A stretch of 64,000 nt of DNA, from NCBI GenBank assembly GCA_030266245.1, contig JAJDHP010000004.1, forward strand, positions 994 to 64,993, read 5' to 3'. Made by a program: the position numbers and the translations under genes. Below are positions 1-9,787 of the stretch, in pieces (the stretch's first letter is position 1; the number at the start of each line of letters is the position of its first letter). The stretch is from Methanimicrococcus sp. OttesenSCG-928-J09. GTDB lineage: Archaea > Halobacteriota > Methanosarcinia > Methanosarcinales > Methanosarcinaceae. The notes below the pieces were generated by a model. The model saw nothing but the letters and a program-made list of their open reading frames with translations, was not told where the DNA came from and made no database searches.

Positions 1-266
1 TCACCGGCTTTATCGGTTTTATTGCTGTCGCCGACTTCTTTTATAAATGGCAGAAAATAAGAAAGAATGACCGTCGGCTTTTCCAAAAGTTCTTCGGGCA
101 TGTAATGGTCTTCCATCACGATCTTTTTCAGATTTCTAATTTCAGGATGAAACGCATCAGCATATCTGATCATCGGCTTTTGCCAAATCTTCGGAAAACC
201 GGTTCTTGTACAGTAATCTCCAATAAAAAATTCTGCTTCCTTCTGAATCGTCTCTTTAATGTCCAT
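1..266 (-). CDS. epoxyqueuosine reductase-like Fe-S protein, 5' part (runs off window)
   Basis: Own translation from ATG at 266: MDIKETIQKEAEFF...WQKPMIRYADAFHPEIRNLKKIVMEDHYMPEELLEKPTVILSYFLPF. Open to the window edge; resembles the N-terminus of QueG-like Fe-S proteins. Confidence 0.6.
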   Translation of the reverse strand, partial: MDIKETIQKEAEFFIGDYCTRTGFPKIWQKPMIRYADAFHPEIRNLKKIVMEDHYMPEELLEKPTVILSYFLPFIKEVGDSNKTDKAG

Positions 267-283
267 CGTCTCCACCACTGCAA

Positions 284-1045
284 TTATTTCATCTCATTAC
301 TGTTTTTACTTGACTGCCTTTTGCTTTGATTGCTTTCTGCTTTGATTACTGCCTTTGTTTCAGCTGCCACCTTCATTTTGGCTGCTGTTTTTGTTTCAGC
401 TGTTGCTTTTGTTTTGACTGCTGTTTTTGTTTCGGCTCTTGTTTTTGTTTTGGCTGCCGTCTTTGTTTCTGCTGCTTTTACTTTCGCTTTTGCCTTTACT
501 TTGACTGTTTTCTTCTGTTTGATTTCGCTCGGCGCTGTAAACCGCCATTCGATATTTCTGTAATGTTCGTCGGCGTAATCAATTCCGATTCGTTTTCCGG
601 TTACATATTCGGGTTTTGTTCCGTCGTCTTCAATCCAAATCTCATCCGATGTTGTTAAATCGATATTGTTCAGCTCTTTTGTAATTTGCATCGCTTTGGT
701 CAGCCGCGCCGGTCCGTAATAACCTTCCACGCCGCGCAAAAGCGCTGCCTGCGGCTGTCCTTCTTTTCCGGTCACAGCGTTAATCAGATGGTGAATGCCG
801 TAGCAGAGATAAATATAGGCGTGTCCGCCTCGGCCGTACATGACGATTGTTCTGTTGGTTCTGCCGGCTTTAGCGTGGCAGCCGGTATCTTCTTCTCCGC
901 GGTAGGCTTCCGTTTCGGTAATGCGGTATCTCAGTTCTTCGCCGGTCGGCAGGCGGCGCACTAAAATTTTGCCGATTAATTCGGGCGCCACTTCTAAAAC
1001 ATCGCGGGTGTAAAAATCGACAGTTAATCGTTTCGGCGCCTTCAT
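284..1045 (-). CDS. mpg: 3-methyladenine DNA glycosylase (MPG/AAG family) with Lys/Ala/Thr-rich C-terminal tail
   Basis: Motifs RITETEAYRG, YIYLCYGIH, GPARLTKAM, RIGI, WRF. Confidence 0.9.
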   Translation of the reverse strand: MKAPKRLTVDFYTRDVLEVAPELIGKILVRRLPTGEELRYRITETEAYRGEEDTGCHAKAGRTNRTIVMYGRGGHAYIYLCYGIHHLINAVTGKEGQPQAALLRGVEGYYGPARLTKAMQITKELNNIDLTTSDEIWIEDDGTKPEYVTGKRIGIDYADEHYRNIEWRFTAPSEIKQKKTVKVKAKAKVKAAETKTAAKTKTRAETKTAVKTKATAETKTAAKMKVAAETKAVIKAESNQSKRQSSKNSNEMK

Positions 1046-1059
1046 AAAAATCAAAAAAG

Positions 1060-1647
1060 TTATTCGTTTTGTTTTTTCTTCATCTCGTTTTCCATATCAA
1101 CAATTTTTTGATGAGCATTTTCAATTTTTTGTTTTTTCTCTTCCTTTTCATCCATTTCTTCAGCAGCAATCACCGGTTTATGTCCCGGTGTATTGGCTAT
1201 TTTAAATTCATCGGGACCGAGTTCTGTAAACTGATCGTATTTGCGTTCTAAAACACGGCTGAAACAGGATATGGAGTCGCATTTATTGAAATATCTAGAT
1301 GAAATTAATTCGTAAACCTGACGCTCTTCTTTTTCGCTGCCGACAACGATGTAAACTGACGGATAAGTGGCATCGGCTGTTCTGAATGTGCCGAATATTT
1401 CAAATCCTTCATATTTTCTGATAAATTCATCGCGGTAAAGAATCTCGTAGGGAAGACCGAATTTTGTCATATATTCGGTGACCTCGGGTCTTAATCCTTT
1501 AGCGTTGTGCATCAGGCGGTAAAGCGGGCACTCAATTTTCGAAGGCGTAATGCTTCTTTTAAAAAACAGAGATATTTTATTTTCGGGAAGACTGTCCACA
1601 TCGAAGATGAAAACAAGCTTCTCATTTTTTTCCGGAAATTCCGTCAT
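1060..1647 (-). CDS. hypothetical protein
   Basis: 195-aa ORF co-oriented and tightly spaced with mpg; SD-like AGGT upstream. Confidence 0.75.
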   Translation of the reverse strand: MTEFPEKNEKLVFIFDVDSLPENKISLFFKRSITPSKIECPLYRLMHNAKGLRPEVTEYMTKFGLPYEILYRDEFIRKYEGFEIFGTFRTADATYPSVYIVVGSEKEERQVYELISSRYFNKCDSISCFSRVLERKYDQFTELGPDEFKIANTPGHKPVIAAEEMDEKEEKKQKIENAHQKIVDMENEMKKKQNE

Positions 1648-1815
1648 TTTTGAATCGACCTTTTAATAAATATGATGATATTAGTCGATTAATTGGTTCT
1701 TTACTTTCTTAAACCTTATGAGATGATTTTCTGGATATCTCGCAATATCTTGCAAATTTTTATAGATCCTTATAAATTCATTCTTATAAAAATAAGTAAT
1801 TAAAATAAGTAATAT

Positions 1816-2040
1816 TTATTCATCAAAAATAACTTTTAAAATACGGAAGCCGCCGTTTTCAATATTTTCAAAAGCGGTAATCGGTTCATCGAACGGCACC
1901 GGCATTTCTTTATAAAAAACAAGCGCGGTTTCTTCATTAATTTTAAGAGATTTGAGAATGTCGGCGACGGTTTTTAAATTTGAGATGTCGACTTCTTTGT
2001 TTGATTTGACGCCGTTTTGGTCGAGTTCAATTATTGTCAT
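1816..2040 (-). CDS. ThiS/MoaD/SAMP-like beta-grasp small protein lacking the C-terminal Gly-Gly
   Basis: TVADILKSLKINEETALV...PVPFDEPI...ILKVIFDE follows the ThiS pattern; ends FDE-TAA. Confidence 0.65.
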   Translation of the reverse strand: MTIIELDQNGVKSNKEVDISNLKTVADILKSLKINEETALVFYKEMPVPFDEPITAFENIENGGFRILKVIFDE

Positions 2041-2186
2041 TGCAGTGTCATTTTCAGGTTCTGATATTTAAAGAATTGTTTTTCTTTTCACTTTTCTTTC
2101 ACTTTTTTTTCTCATTCTCTTTTCATTATTCCTTTCCGCTTCATTTCTCTAAAAACCTTTAAATGCAATGAACGGATATGGCACAT

Positions 2187-2251
2187 GTTTCATTTCGGGA
2201 TCCGTCCCGTTGGAATGTGGCTGCAAAAGAACGGCAGCTGAACCGTGAAAC
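2187..2251 (+). promoter_or_regulatory. structured 5' leader of rpl15e (candidate eL15-Euryarchaeota ribosomal protein leader)
   Basis: GTTTCA (2187-2192) pairs with TGAAAC (2246-2251), enclosing hairpins CGGGA-TCCG-TCCCG and GCTGC...GCAGC. TATA-like TTTAAA at 2158-2163 puts the likely TSS at the element start. Confidence 0.6.
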
Positions 2252-2273
2252 TACAAAAATTTGGTGAAACACA

Positions 2274-2864
2274 ATGGTAAAATCTTACTACGGATACGTT
2301 AGGGACGCCTGGAAAAAACCGGACGAAACCTACGTGGATGAACTCAGATGGGAACGCCTCCAGACCTGGAGAAAAGAAGGTTCCGTCACAAGAATCGAAA
2401 GACCGACAAGAATTGACCGTGCCAGATCACTCGGCTACAAAGCCAAGCAGGGCATCGTTGTCGCCCGTGTCAAAGTCAGACGCGGCGGTCTCAGAAAATC
2501 AAGATACATCCGCGGAAGACGTACACACAACATGGGTATGAAAAAGATTACCGCCGGAAAGAGCATCCAGAGAATCTGTGAAGAACGTGCCGGAAGAAAA
2601 TATCCGAACATGGAAGTTCTCAACTCCTACTGGGTCGCACAAGACGGTAAATTCAAGTGGTACGAAGTTATTCTCGTTGACCCGAGCCACCCGGTTATTC
2701 AGAGCGACAAACGCTTGAACTGGATCTGCAACCCCGCAAACCGCGGAAGAGCCCAGCGCGGTCTGACCAGCGCCGGCAAGAAAGGCAGAGGTTTAATGGT
2801 CCGCGGAAACGGTTCTGAAAAGAACAGACCGAGCCTTCGCGCACACATGAACAGAGGAAAGTGA
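2274..2864 (+). CDS. rpl15e: 50S ribosomal protein L15e
   Basis: [36 protein letters not shown]. Confidence 0.98.
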   Translation: MVKSYYGYVRDAWKKPDETYVDELRWERLQTWRKEGSVTRIERPTRIDRARSLGYKAKQGIVVARVKVRRGGLRKSRYIRGRRTHNMGMKKITAGKSIQRICEERAGRKYPNMEVLNSYWVAQDGKFKWYEVILVDPSHPVIQSDKRLNWICNPANRGRAQRGLTSAGKKGRGLMVRGNGSEKNRPSLRAHMNRGK

Positions 2865-3320
2865 TTGATTCATCATATCAATTTTCGCGTCATTGCGCAC
2901 GCGACAGAAGATCTGTCCAAAGTCGATTCGGCTTTGGACTTTTTTTTGGCGCCCTGCCTGTCTCCTAAAGATAATCTCTGTGATCTGAAAGAGACAATCG
3001 AGACCGAAGGGCACTTCGATAATCCTATTCATATTAAAACCGCCGTTCTTAAGAAAAAAGGCGCCTGTTCTAAGTTCGTTCAGTTTTTCAAAGAAAACAT
3101 AACGGAAGACGATTTGGAAACACTTCGCGAACAAATGCCCGAACGCTTGGACGATGATTTAAATTTCTATATGCGTTTTTCTAAACAAGCCGCTGCTCTC
3201 GGCAAGCTTGAATTCACAGAATCCTCAGACGCGATATTCGTTCGCGTCAAAATTGAAACCTATCCGAAATCCTGGGAAAAAGCAGGTCCCATCGTGGAGG
3301 AATTGTTTGGCTGCAAATAA
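2865..3320 (+). CDS. exosome-superoperon RNA-binding protein (DUF54 family)
   Basis: HATED, EGHFDNPI, YMRFSKQAA motifs; canonical position after rpl15e. Confidence 0.85.
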   Translation: MIHHINFRVIAHATEDLSKVDSALDFFLAPCLSPKDNLCDLKETIETEGHFDNPIHIKTAVLKKKGACSKFVQFFKENITEDDLETLREQMPERLDDDLNFYMRFSKQAAALGKLEFTESSDAIFVRVKIETYPKSWEKAGPIVEELFGCK

Positions 3321-4236
3321 TCATAATGATAGCAATTTGTCTTCTTCTTCAGTTTCTTCCCGCTCGTCTTCCTTATCAGTTTCTTTCGATTCTAAATCTT
3401 ATTTCGATTATGTTTCGGCTGACTTGATTGATGAAATTGTTTCAACGGTTTCAACGATCTCAAATATTTCCGGCAACCCGGAAGACTTCATTTCTCTTTA
3501 CGAAGATATCGATTCCTTTTTCCAAAGAATGAATCTGACAGATATTATCATCTTCAAAAAAATCGGGAAAAGCGGTTCTGATTCCTTTTCACAATTCGCT
3601 TTAAATCTTTTTGAAAAATCAAAAACAGATGGCAACCGTATTCGTTATTATAAAGGCATTGAAATTGAAGCCGAAAACGAAAATGTTTTGAATTCTTTGA
3701 TTCGAAAGGAAAGGGCAAACGCTGACTTCCTTGCCGTTCGTTCGGCAGATGAAAAAGTAATCCGCGCCGCAGCAGAATCCTCTGATGTTGATTTAATCAT
3801 TCCTGTTACTTATTCGGCAGGCTCGGCAGGCAGATCCGGTCCGAACGGCTCTTCCGGTCTTTATACTGCCGGCGGCCAGATTAATCATATTGTTGCCAAA
3901 ATTGCGCGGGATAAAAAGACGGCTTTCGGATTCGATATGCTGCCGTTTTTACAAACACGCGGTTACCGCCGCAGTAAAATTTTTGCCGACGGTATGGAAA
4001 TGATTCCGATTCTTCGCAAATACGGCGTTCCTGTTTTGCTTTTCAGCGGTGCTTTGTCTTTTTATGACTCACGCGGGCCGTATGAATTGGAAGCTTTCGG
4101 ACGAATGTTCGGATTGACACAAGAAGAAACAATGGCGGCAGTGAGTCGAATTCCTTCTGAAATCATTAAGCGCCGAAAAATGCTGAAGTCAGGAAAACTG
4201 ATTGCGAACGGCGTTGAAATATTGTCATCCGATTGA
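3307..4236 (+). CDS. rnp3: ribonuclease P protein component 3 (Rpp30)
   Basis: RAAAESSDVDL, INHIVAK, SGALSFYDSRGPYEL; superoperon position; TTG start at 3307 after GGAGG. Confidence 0.85.
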   Translation: MAANNHNDSNLSSSSVSSRSSSLSVSFDSKSYFDYVSADLIDEIVSTVSTISNISGNPEDFISLYEDIDSFFQRMNLTDIIIFKKIGKSGSDSFSQFALNLFEKSKTDGNRIRYYKGIEIEAENENVLNSLIRKERANADFLAVRSADEKVIRAAAESSDVDLIIPVTYSAGSAGRSGPNGSSGLYTAGGQINHIVAKIARDKKTAFGFDMLPFLQTRGYRRSKIFADGMEMIPILRKYGVPVLLFSGALSFYDSRGPYELEAFGRMFGLTQEETMAAVSRIPSEIIKRRKMLKSGKLIANGVEILSSD

Positions 4237-4533
4237 AATCAATTCGAAGTGTAGTGAATAATGTTTTTTGTTGAATGCTGTCGAATAATGGTTATTCTGA
4301 ATGTTCTGAAGGCAGCCAAATAATGTTTATTCTGGATGCAGCCGAATGACATTTATTTCGAAATTTATTTTGAATACAGATATATTTATAAGTTCAAATG
4401 AACTTTTTATCACAAAAAAGCATTCTTTATTGTTATGCAAAACGAAAATGTTCGGCGGGCTTGACCCGTTTTGAACAAAATTCTTAAATCCCCTTACGTT
4501 CCTTTTATCTGTATTATTTTAAAGGTGTATAAT

Positions 4534-4875
4534 TTGGAACCGCTTCTCCCGTCGCTTCGAAAACGAAAAAGATATGTCGCTGTTGAAGTTATCAGTGATT
4601 CTCCTGTTCAGAGAAATTCATTTATTTCTGCCGTTTCTCAAATCGGCTGCACTGTTTTAGGCGATATCGGATTTGCCGCCTGCGGTATTTCTGTTCTCGG
4701 TTTTGAAAACAATGTCGGAATCGTTAAATGCTGGCATACGGCTGTTTCAGAAACGATCAGCGTTTTGGCGTTTATGACAATGGTTGACGGTCAAAGTGTA
4801 ATTGTTCGAACAGCAGGCGTTTCAGGAACCGTTAAGGGTGCGCAGACCAAATTTTTGAATAAGGAATTTAATTAA
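4534..4875 (+). CDS. rnp2: ribonuclease P protein component 2 (Pop5)
   Basis: LLPSLRKRKRYV and GVSGTVK; TTG start after AGGTG. Confidence 0.9.
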   Translation: MEPLLPSLRKRKRYVAVEVISDSPVQRNSFISAVSQIGCTVLGDIGFAACGISVLGFENNVGIVKCWHTAVSETISVLAFMTMVDGQSVIVRTAGVSGTVKGAQTKFLNKEFN

Positions 4876-5122
4876 ATAATTTAAGAAAATCAAGTTGAAA
4901 TCGAAATCCTCTAAGGCTTTACGGATTTTTTGAGTTCGCTTTTTCAAATCGCTTAAATTCCGAATCATTAATATTCATTGATTCTATATTGAAATTCACA
5001 TTTATTTTTAAATAATCAATTTAACTTTAAAAATAAAAACAAATAATCTATAAAACTTCAAATAAAAATTAACCGAAATAAAAACATAAACTACATAAAA
5101 TAAAAACAGGAGACTTTAAATT

Positions 5123-5911
5123 ATGAAAGATATGGCCCCCCAAATGTATGACCGCGCTAGTACTGTTTTCAGTCCGGACGGCCGCCTCTATCAGGTGGAA
5201 TATGCAAGAGAAGCTGTCAAGAGAGGAACAACCGCTGTCGGCATTAAGGTGACGGAAGGCGTTGTTTTATTGGTTGACAAGCGTGTCTCCAGCCGTTTGA
5301 TTGAAGCTAATTCTATTGAAAAGATTTTCCAGATCGATGACCACATCGGTGCTGCAACTTCCGGTCTTGTCGCCGACGCCCGCGCGCTTATTGACCGCGC
5401 CCGCGTGGAAGCTCAGGTCAACCGCGTTTCATACGACGAGCCGATAGGTGTTGAAGTTATTTCTAAGAAAATCTGTGACCACAAGCAGACCTTCACACAA
5501 TACGGCGGCACCCGCCCGTACGGCACATCTCTTTTGATTGCCGGCGTTGAAGACAGCACACCCCGTCTTTTTGAAACAGACCCGAGCGGTGCTCTTTTGG
5601 AATACAAAGCAACCGCAATCGGCGCCGGCCGCGCGCCCGTCATTGAAGTCTTTGAAGCCGACTACGATGAAAATATGTCCTTAGACGATGCGATTTTCCT
5701 CGGAATCGAAGCGCTTTACAAGGCTGCTGACGGCAAATTCAAACCCGAAACCCTTGAAGTCGGCGTCATTCCTGTCGCAACAAAAGATTTCAGAAAATTA
5801 ACAACCGATGAAGTCAAAGTTTTCGCCGATAAGATTTATGAAAAATATCCGAAAACAGAAGAAGAATCGGCTGAGTCCGGCTCATCCAAAGACGCAGATC
5901 TCGACATCTGA
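5123..5911 (+). CDS. psmA: 20S proteasome alpha subunit
   Basis: YDRASTVFSPDGRLYQVEYA signature. Confidence 0.98.
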   Translation: MKDMAPQMYDRASTVFSPDGRLYQVEYAREAVKRGTTAVGIKVTEGVVLLVDKRVSSRLIEANSIEKIFQIDDHIGAATSGLVADARALIDRARVEAQVNRVSYDEPIGVEVISKKICDHKQTFTQYGGTRPYGTSLLIAGVEDSTPRLFETDPSGALLEYKATAIGAGRAPVIEVFEADYDENMSLDDAIFLGIEALYKAADGKFKPETLEVGVIPVATKDFRKLTTDEVKVFADKIYEKYPKTEEESAESGSSKDADLDI

Positions 5912-6137
5912 TTTTTGTAAAACTAAGTCAAAGATTGGACACTCGTTCAATTTTTGATTCGTATTTCTTTTTTTTCATTCGGTCGGCATCGCCGCGCGAC
6001 CCGCACAATTTTTGTACAAACAATAAAAAACACCCCCGTTTTTCAAAAATCTTCGCCCACAAATCTTTTTATGAAAATACCGAAATGCTTTAAACGAAGC
6101 CAAGCATAAATCAAATAAAAATTAAGGATTTGATTTT

Positions 6138-6854
6138 ATGGTTTCACTTGACGAGGCCGTCACGGCTCATATTAAAAAAGGCAGCAAAGAATTTGAAATT
6201 CTCGTTGATCCCGAACTTGCTCTCGCTTATAAACGCGGTGTAGAGGTGAGTATCGCTGATATTCTGGCCGTTGAAACGGTTTTTGAAAATGCAAGCCGCG
6301 GTGATAAAATCGCCGAATCCGATTTGGTTTCAACATTTCAAACCGATGATGTTCTTCAAATCGCCGCCATCATTTTAAAAGACGGCGAGATTCAGCTTAC
6401 AAAAGAGCAGCGTAAGCGTTTCTTGGAAGAAAAAAGACGCTTGGTTGTCACATTCATTGCGCAAAACGCCGTCAATCCACAAACAATGGCACCGCATCCG
6501 CCGCAGCGCATTGAAATTGCGATGGAAGAAGCCAAAGTCAATATTGACCCGATGAAAAGCGTGGACGAGCTCGTTCAAATCACAATGAAAGCGATTCGCC
6601 CGCTCATTCCGATCCGTTTCGAAGAAGTCAGCGTTGCAGTCCGAATCCCGCCGCTTTACGCACCGAAAGCCTACGGCGACATCGCCAATTTCGGAAAAAT
6701 GCTTAAAAACGAATGGCAATCAGACGGTTCATGGATTGCTGTTGTTCGAATTCCGGCCGGCATGCAAACCGATTTCTATGCTTTGCTGAACCATTTAACA
6801 AAAGGCGAAGCGGAATCGAAATTGATTAAAGACGAACAGCCTTCTCACGGCTGA
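6138..6854 (+). CDS. ribosome maturation protein SBDS/Sdo1
   Basis: FEILVDP, NPQTMAPHPPQRIE, IPIRFEE. Confidence 0.95.
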   Translation: MVSLDEAVTAHIKKGSKEFEILVDPELALAYKRGVEVSIADILAVETVFENASRGDKIAESDLVSTFQTDDVLQIAAIILKDGEIQLTKEQRKRFLEEKRRLVVTFIAQNAVNPQTMAPHPPQRIEIAMEEAKVNIDPMKSVDELVQITMKAIRPLIPIRFEEVSVAVRIPPLYAPKAYGDIANFGKMLKNEWQSDGSWIAVVRIPAGMQTDFYALLNHLTKGEAESKLIKDEQPSHG

Positions 6855-7026
6855 TTCTTTCTCTTTTTTCTCTATTTTTAATTTTCTCCCTTTGTTTTTT
6901 AATTCGTTTTTTTAATAACTGAAAAACCGTCGATTGCTTTCGTTGTTTTGTAAAAAATGATGCGATTCGCGCGTGCGGCGGCTGTTTGGCAATGCTATTC
7001 GGTTATTGCTGATTGCAGATTTATAC

Positions 7027-7140
7027 TGCGGCGGCAGCCGCAAAAATCGCGTAAGCGATTTTCATAAACACCTCCCTCCCACTGCAAACTAAAACCTGAC
7101 TCCAAGCGGAAACTAATTTTGCGTTCGGCAGGTGCATATA
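7027..7140. repeat. dispersed repeat family A, copy with 1 internal unit
   Basis: GCGGCGGCAGCCGC-AAAATCGC/GCGATTTT hairpin-CATAAACACC-CCCTCCCACTGCAAA-CCTGACTCCAA-TTTTGCGTTCGGCAGGTGCATATA. Confidence 0.85.
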
Positions 7141-7375
7141 ATTATAAAAAGATGGAGGCTGAATACTGTTTTTCAGTGATATTTGAAAAATTGCTGCCGC
7201 TCGCGCACGCACGACCGCCTGCTGAAGTTGTACCTGTTTATTTGTTTCCGATTTAATTGAATTAATTCATCCGATTTCCCGCATTTTAGCCGTCTTTTTC
7301 TTGTTTTCGTGAAAGACTATAAAAATGATTAAAACGTACGGTATAAAATTCAAACTAGGACGAACAGAGGATAGA

Positions 7376-8443
7376 ATGGATAAAAAAAGAATTGTTATAC
7401 CCGGAGAATTGCTGTCTGATGACACGGCGCTTTCCGGCTCAGGAACTTATATTTCCGGCGGAAAAGTCTACGCCTCGGTGTGCGGACTTTTGGTCCAGAA
7501 AGGTAAACTTTCGGTTCATCCGCTTTCCGGACCTTATTTGCCGAAGAAAAACGATCTCATAATCGGTTACGTAACGGTTGTGACATCGTCAAATTGGATT
7601 TTTGATATTAATTGCCCTTATGAAGGACTTTTACACGTCACTGAATATCCGATGCGTGTTCCGTCCGAAGAAATGCTGCAGCATTTTGATATCGGCGACA
7701 CCGTTTTACTGAAAGTGGTTGATGTCAACGCTGAAATGAAAATCGAACTGACTTACAAGGATCCCATCTGCAAAAAGCTGACAAAAGGACGCCTTCACGA
7801 AGTTCCATTTTCCAAAGTTTCGCGCATCATCGGCCGTTCCGGCGGCATGATTTCAATGCTTAAAGCCAAAACCGGCTGCGATATTTTCGTTGGCGGAAAC
7901 GGCCGCATTTGGATGAACGGCGACTCAACCGACATGGATATTCTCATTCAAGCTTTAAAAAAGATCGAAAACGATGCACGCCTTCCCGGTTTAACCGATT
8001 TGACAACAGCTTTTATTGACGAACAGTATGAAGCGGTCGGACGAACGGCACACGATGTGAAACCAAAAACAACAGTTTCCGAAGAACCCGCCGCTGAACC
8101 GGCAGCGGATTTGGAAGAAACGGAAGTTAAACCCGTTTCCCGTTCCAGAAAGAACGGCGCCGCCAATACGAAAAAACCGGTCATTGAATCTTCCGACGCA
8201 GCCGCAGTTCTCGAAGAATCTCCGAAAAAATCGCGCGGTTCCAAAAAGGAAAAAGCAGATGAGGAGAAAGCAGATGAGGAGAAAGCGGTTGAAAAGAAAA
8301 GTCCTGCAAATTCAATGAAAAGCCCGGTGAAAAGATCGCGTTTAACACAGCCGGAAGCCTACAAACAGGAAAACTGTTCCTGCTATAAGAGCGTGTTTTT
8401 TACACACCCGCCCGTTCATCAAGGCAATAAATCGGACAGATAA
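7376..8443 (+). CDS. rrp4: exosome RNA-binding subunit Rrp4 with C-terminal low-complexity extension
   Basis: VIPGELL, YLPKKNDLIIG (S1 domain), RIIGRSGGMI and VGGNGRIW (KH domain). Confidence 0.93.
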   Translation: MDKKRIVIPGELLSDDTALSGSGTYISGGKVYASVCGLLVQKGKLSVHPLSGPYLPKKNDLIIGYVTVVTSSNWIFDINCPYEGLLHVTEYPMRVPSEEMLQHFDIGDTVLLKVVDVNAEMKIELTYKDPICKKLTKGRLHEVPFSKVSRIIGRSGGMISMLKAKTGCDIFVGGNGRIWMNGDSTDMDILIQALKKIENDARLPGLTDLTTAFIDEQYEAVGRTAHDVKPKTTVSEEPAAEPAADLEETEVKPVSRSRKNGAANTKKPVIESSDAAAVLEESPKKSRGSKKEKADEEKADEEKAVEKKSPANSMKSPVKRSRLTQPEAYKQENCSCYKSVFFTHPPVHQGNKSDR

Positions 8444-8537
8444 TCCGAAACGATAAGAACGGGATGTAATAATCTAATATTCAAATATCTCAAATTTTAA
8501 TCATTTATATCAGATTTATTTCTTGGAGAAATGTGAA

Positions 8538-9785
8538 ATGAGTTCAAACCAAACTGATGTGGTTTTTTTTGATGAAAACGGTCTTCGAACAGACCAAAGA
8601 AAACCCGACGAAATCCGTCCGATGAAAATTAAAATCGGAGTTCTGTCACGCGCCAATGGTTCCTGTTACTTGGAATGGGGCGCAAATAAAGTGCTCGCCG
8701 CCGTTTACGGTCCCCGCGAAGCGCACCCGCGCCGTATGCAGCTGCCCAACAAAGCAGTCATCCGCTACAGATACAATATGCAGTCTTTTTCAGTAGAAGA
8801 CCGCGCCAGACCCGGACCGAGCCGCCGCAGCAGTGAAATTTCAAAAGTCAGCCGCGAAGCTTTTGAGCCGGTTCTTTTTGCCGAAGATTATCCGAAAGCA
8901 GCCATTGATATTTTCGTTGAAGTGCTTCAGGCAGATGCCGGTACAAGAACGGCTGCTATCAATGCCGCTTCTCTTGCGCTTGTCGATGCCGGTATCCCTA
9001 TGCGCGGACTTGTTTCCGCCTGCGCTGCCGGAAAAGTCGGCGGCAAAATTGTTTTGGACTTAAACAAGCCCGAAGACAATTACGGCGAAGCCGATTTACC
9101 GATTGCCATGACCGAAGACGGCAGAATTACACTGATTCAAATGGATGGTCACTTGACGCCTTCCGAATTCGAAGAAGCAATGGAGCTTGTTCAAAAAGGC
9201 TGCCGCCAGGTTCTTGAAATCCAAAAAGCAGCGCTTCTTGAAAAGTTTGCATCTGTCATGGATGACGAAGATGAAAACGCGGACATTGTCATTGAAGAAG
9301 AAATCGAAATTGACGCCGAAGAATGTGAAGATGGAGATGATGATTCCGAATTTGAAATCGATGCTGAATCCGATGGCGAAAGCGATGATGAAAATGATTT
9401 GGACGATGACATCGATGTATTCGTTGCCGAAGTTTCAGAACGTCTTGCAAAAGATGTTTCCGCTATCATCCGCAGCTACGAAGAATCTGATGACTCCGAT
9501 GATTTTTCATTGGAACTTGATGACGAATTGGACATCTGTATTATTGATGACGACGAAGAAATGCTCGATGCTGAAGATTTAAAAGAAATCAAAAAGTTTG
9601 TCATTGAATTTGAAGACGATGACGAAGATGACAGCGACGATGATGACGAAGACGATGATAACGACAGTGACGATGATGAAGAAACCGATATTTTTGTCAT
9701 TGATGCTGATGATCTTGAGGATGAAACTGACGAAATCGATGAAGAATCTGATGACGATTTCGATGATGATGAAGAGGAGGAATAA
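8538..9785 (+). CDS. rrp41: exosome core Rrp41 with long acidic tail
   Basis: [38 protein letters not shown]. Confidence 0.97.
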   Translation: MSSNQTDVVFFDENGLRTDQRKPDEIRPMKIKIGVLSRANGSCYLEWGANKVLAAVYGPREAHPRRMQLPNKAVIRYRYNMQSFSVEDRARPGPSRRSSEISKVSREAFEPVLFAEDYPKAAIDIFVEVLQADAGTRTAAINAASLALVDAGIPMRGLVSACAAGKVGGKIVLDLNKPEDNYGEADLPIAMTEDGRITLIQMDGHLTPSEFEEAMELVQKGCRQVLEIQKAALLEKFASVMDDEDENADIVIEEEIEIDAEECEDGDDDSEFEIDAESDGESDDENDLDDDIDVFVAEVSERLAKDVSAIIRSYEESDDSDDFSLELDDELDICIIDDDEEMLDAEDLKEIKKFVIEFEDDDEDDSDDDDEDDDNDSDDDEETDIFVIDADDLEDETDEIDEESDDDFDDDEEEE

Positions 9786-9787
9786 AT

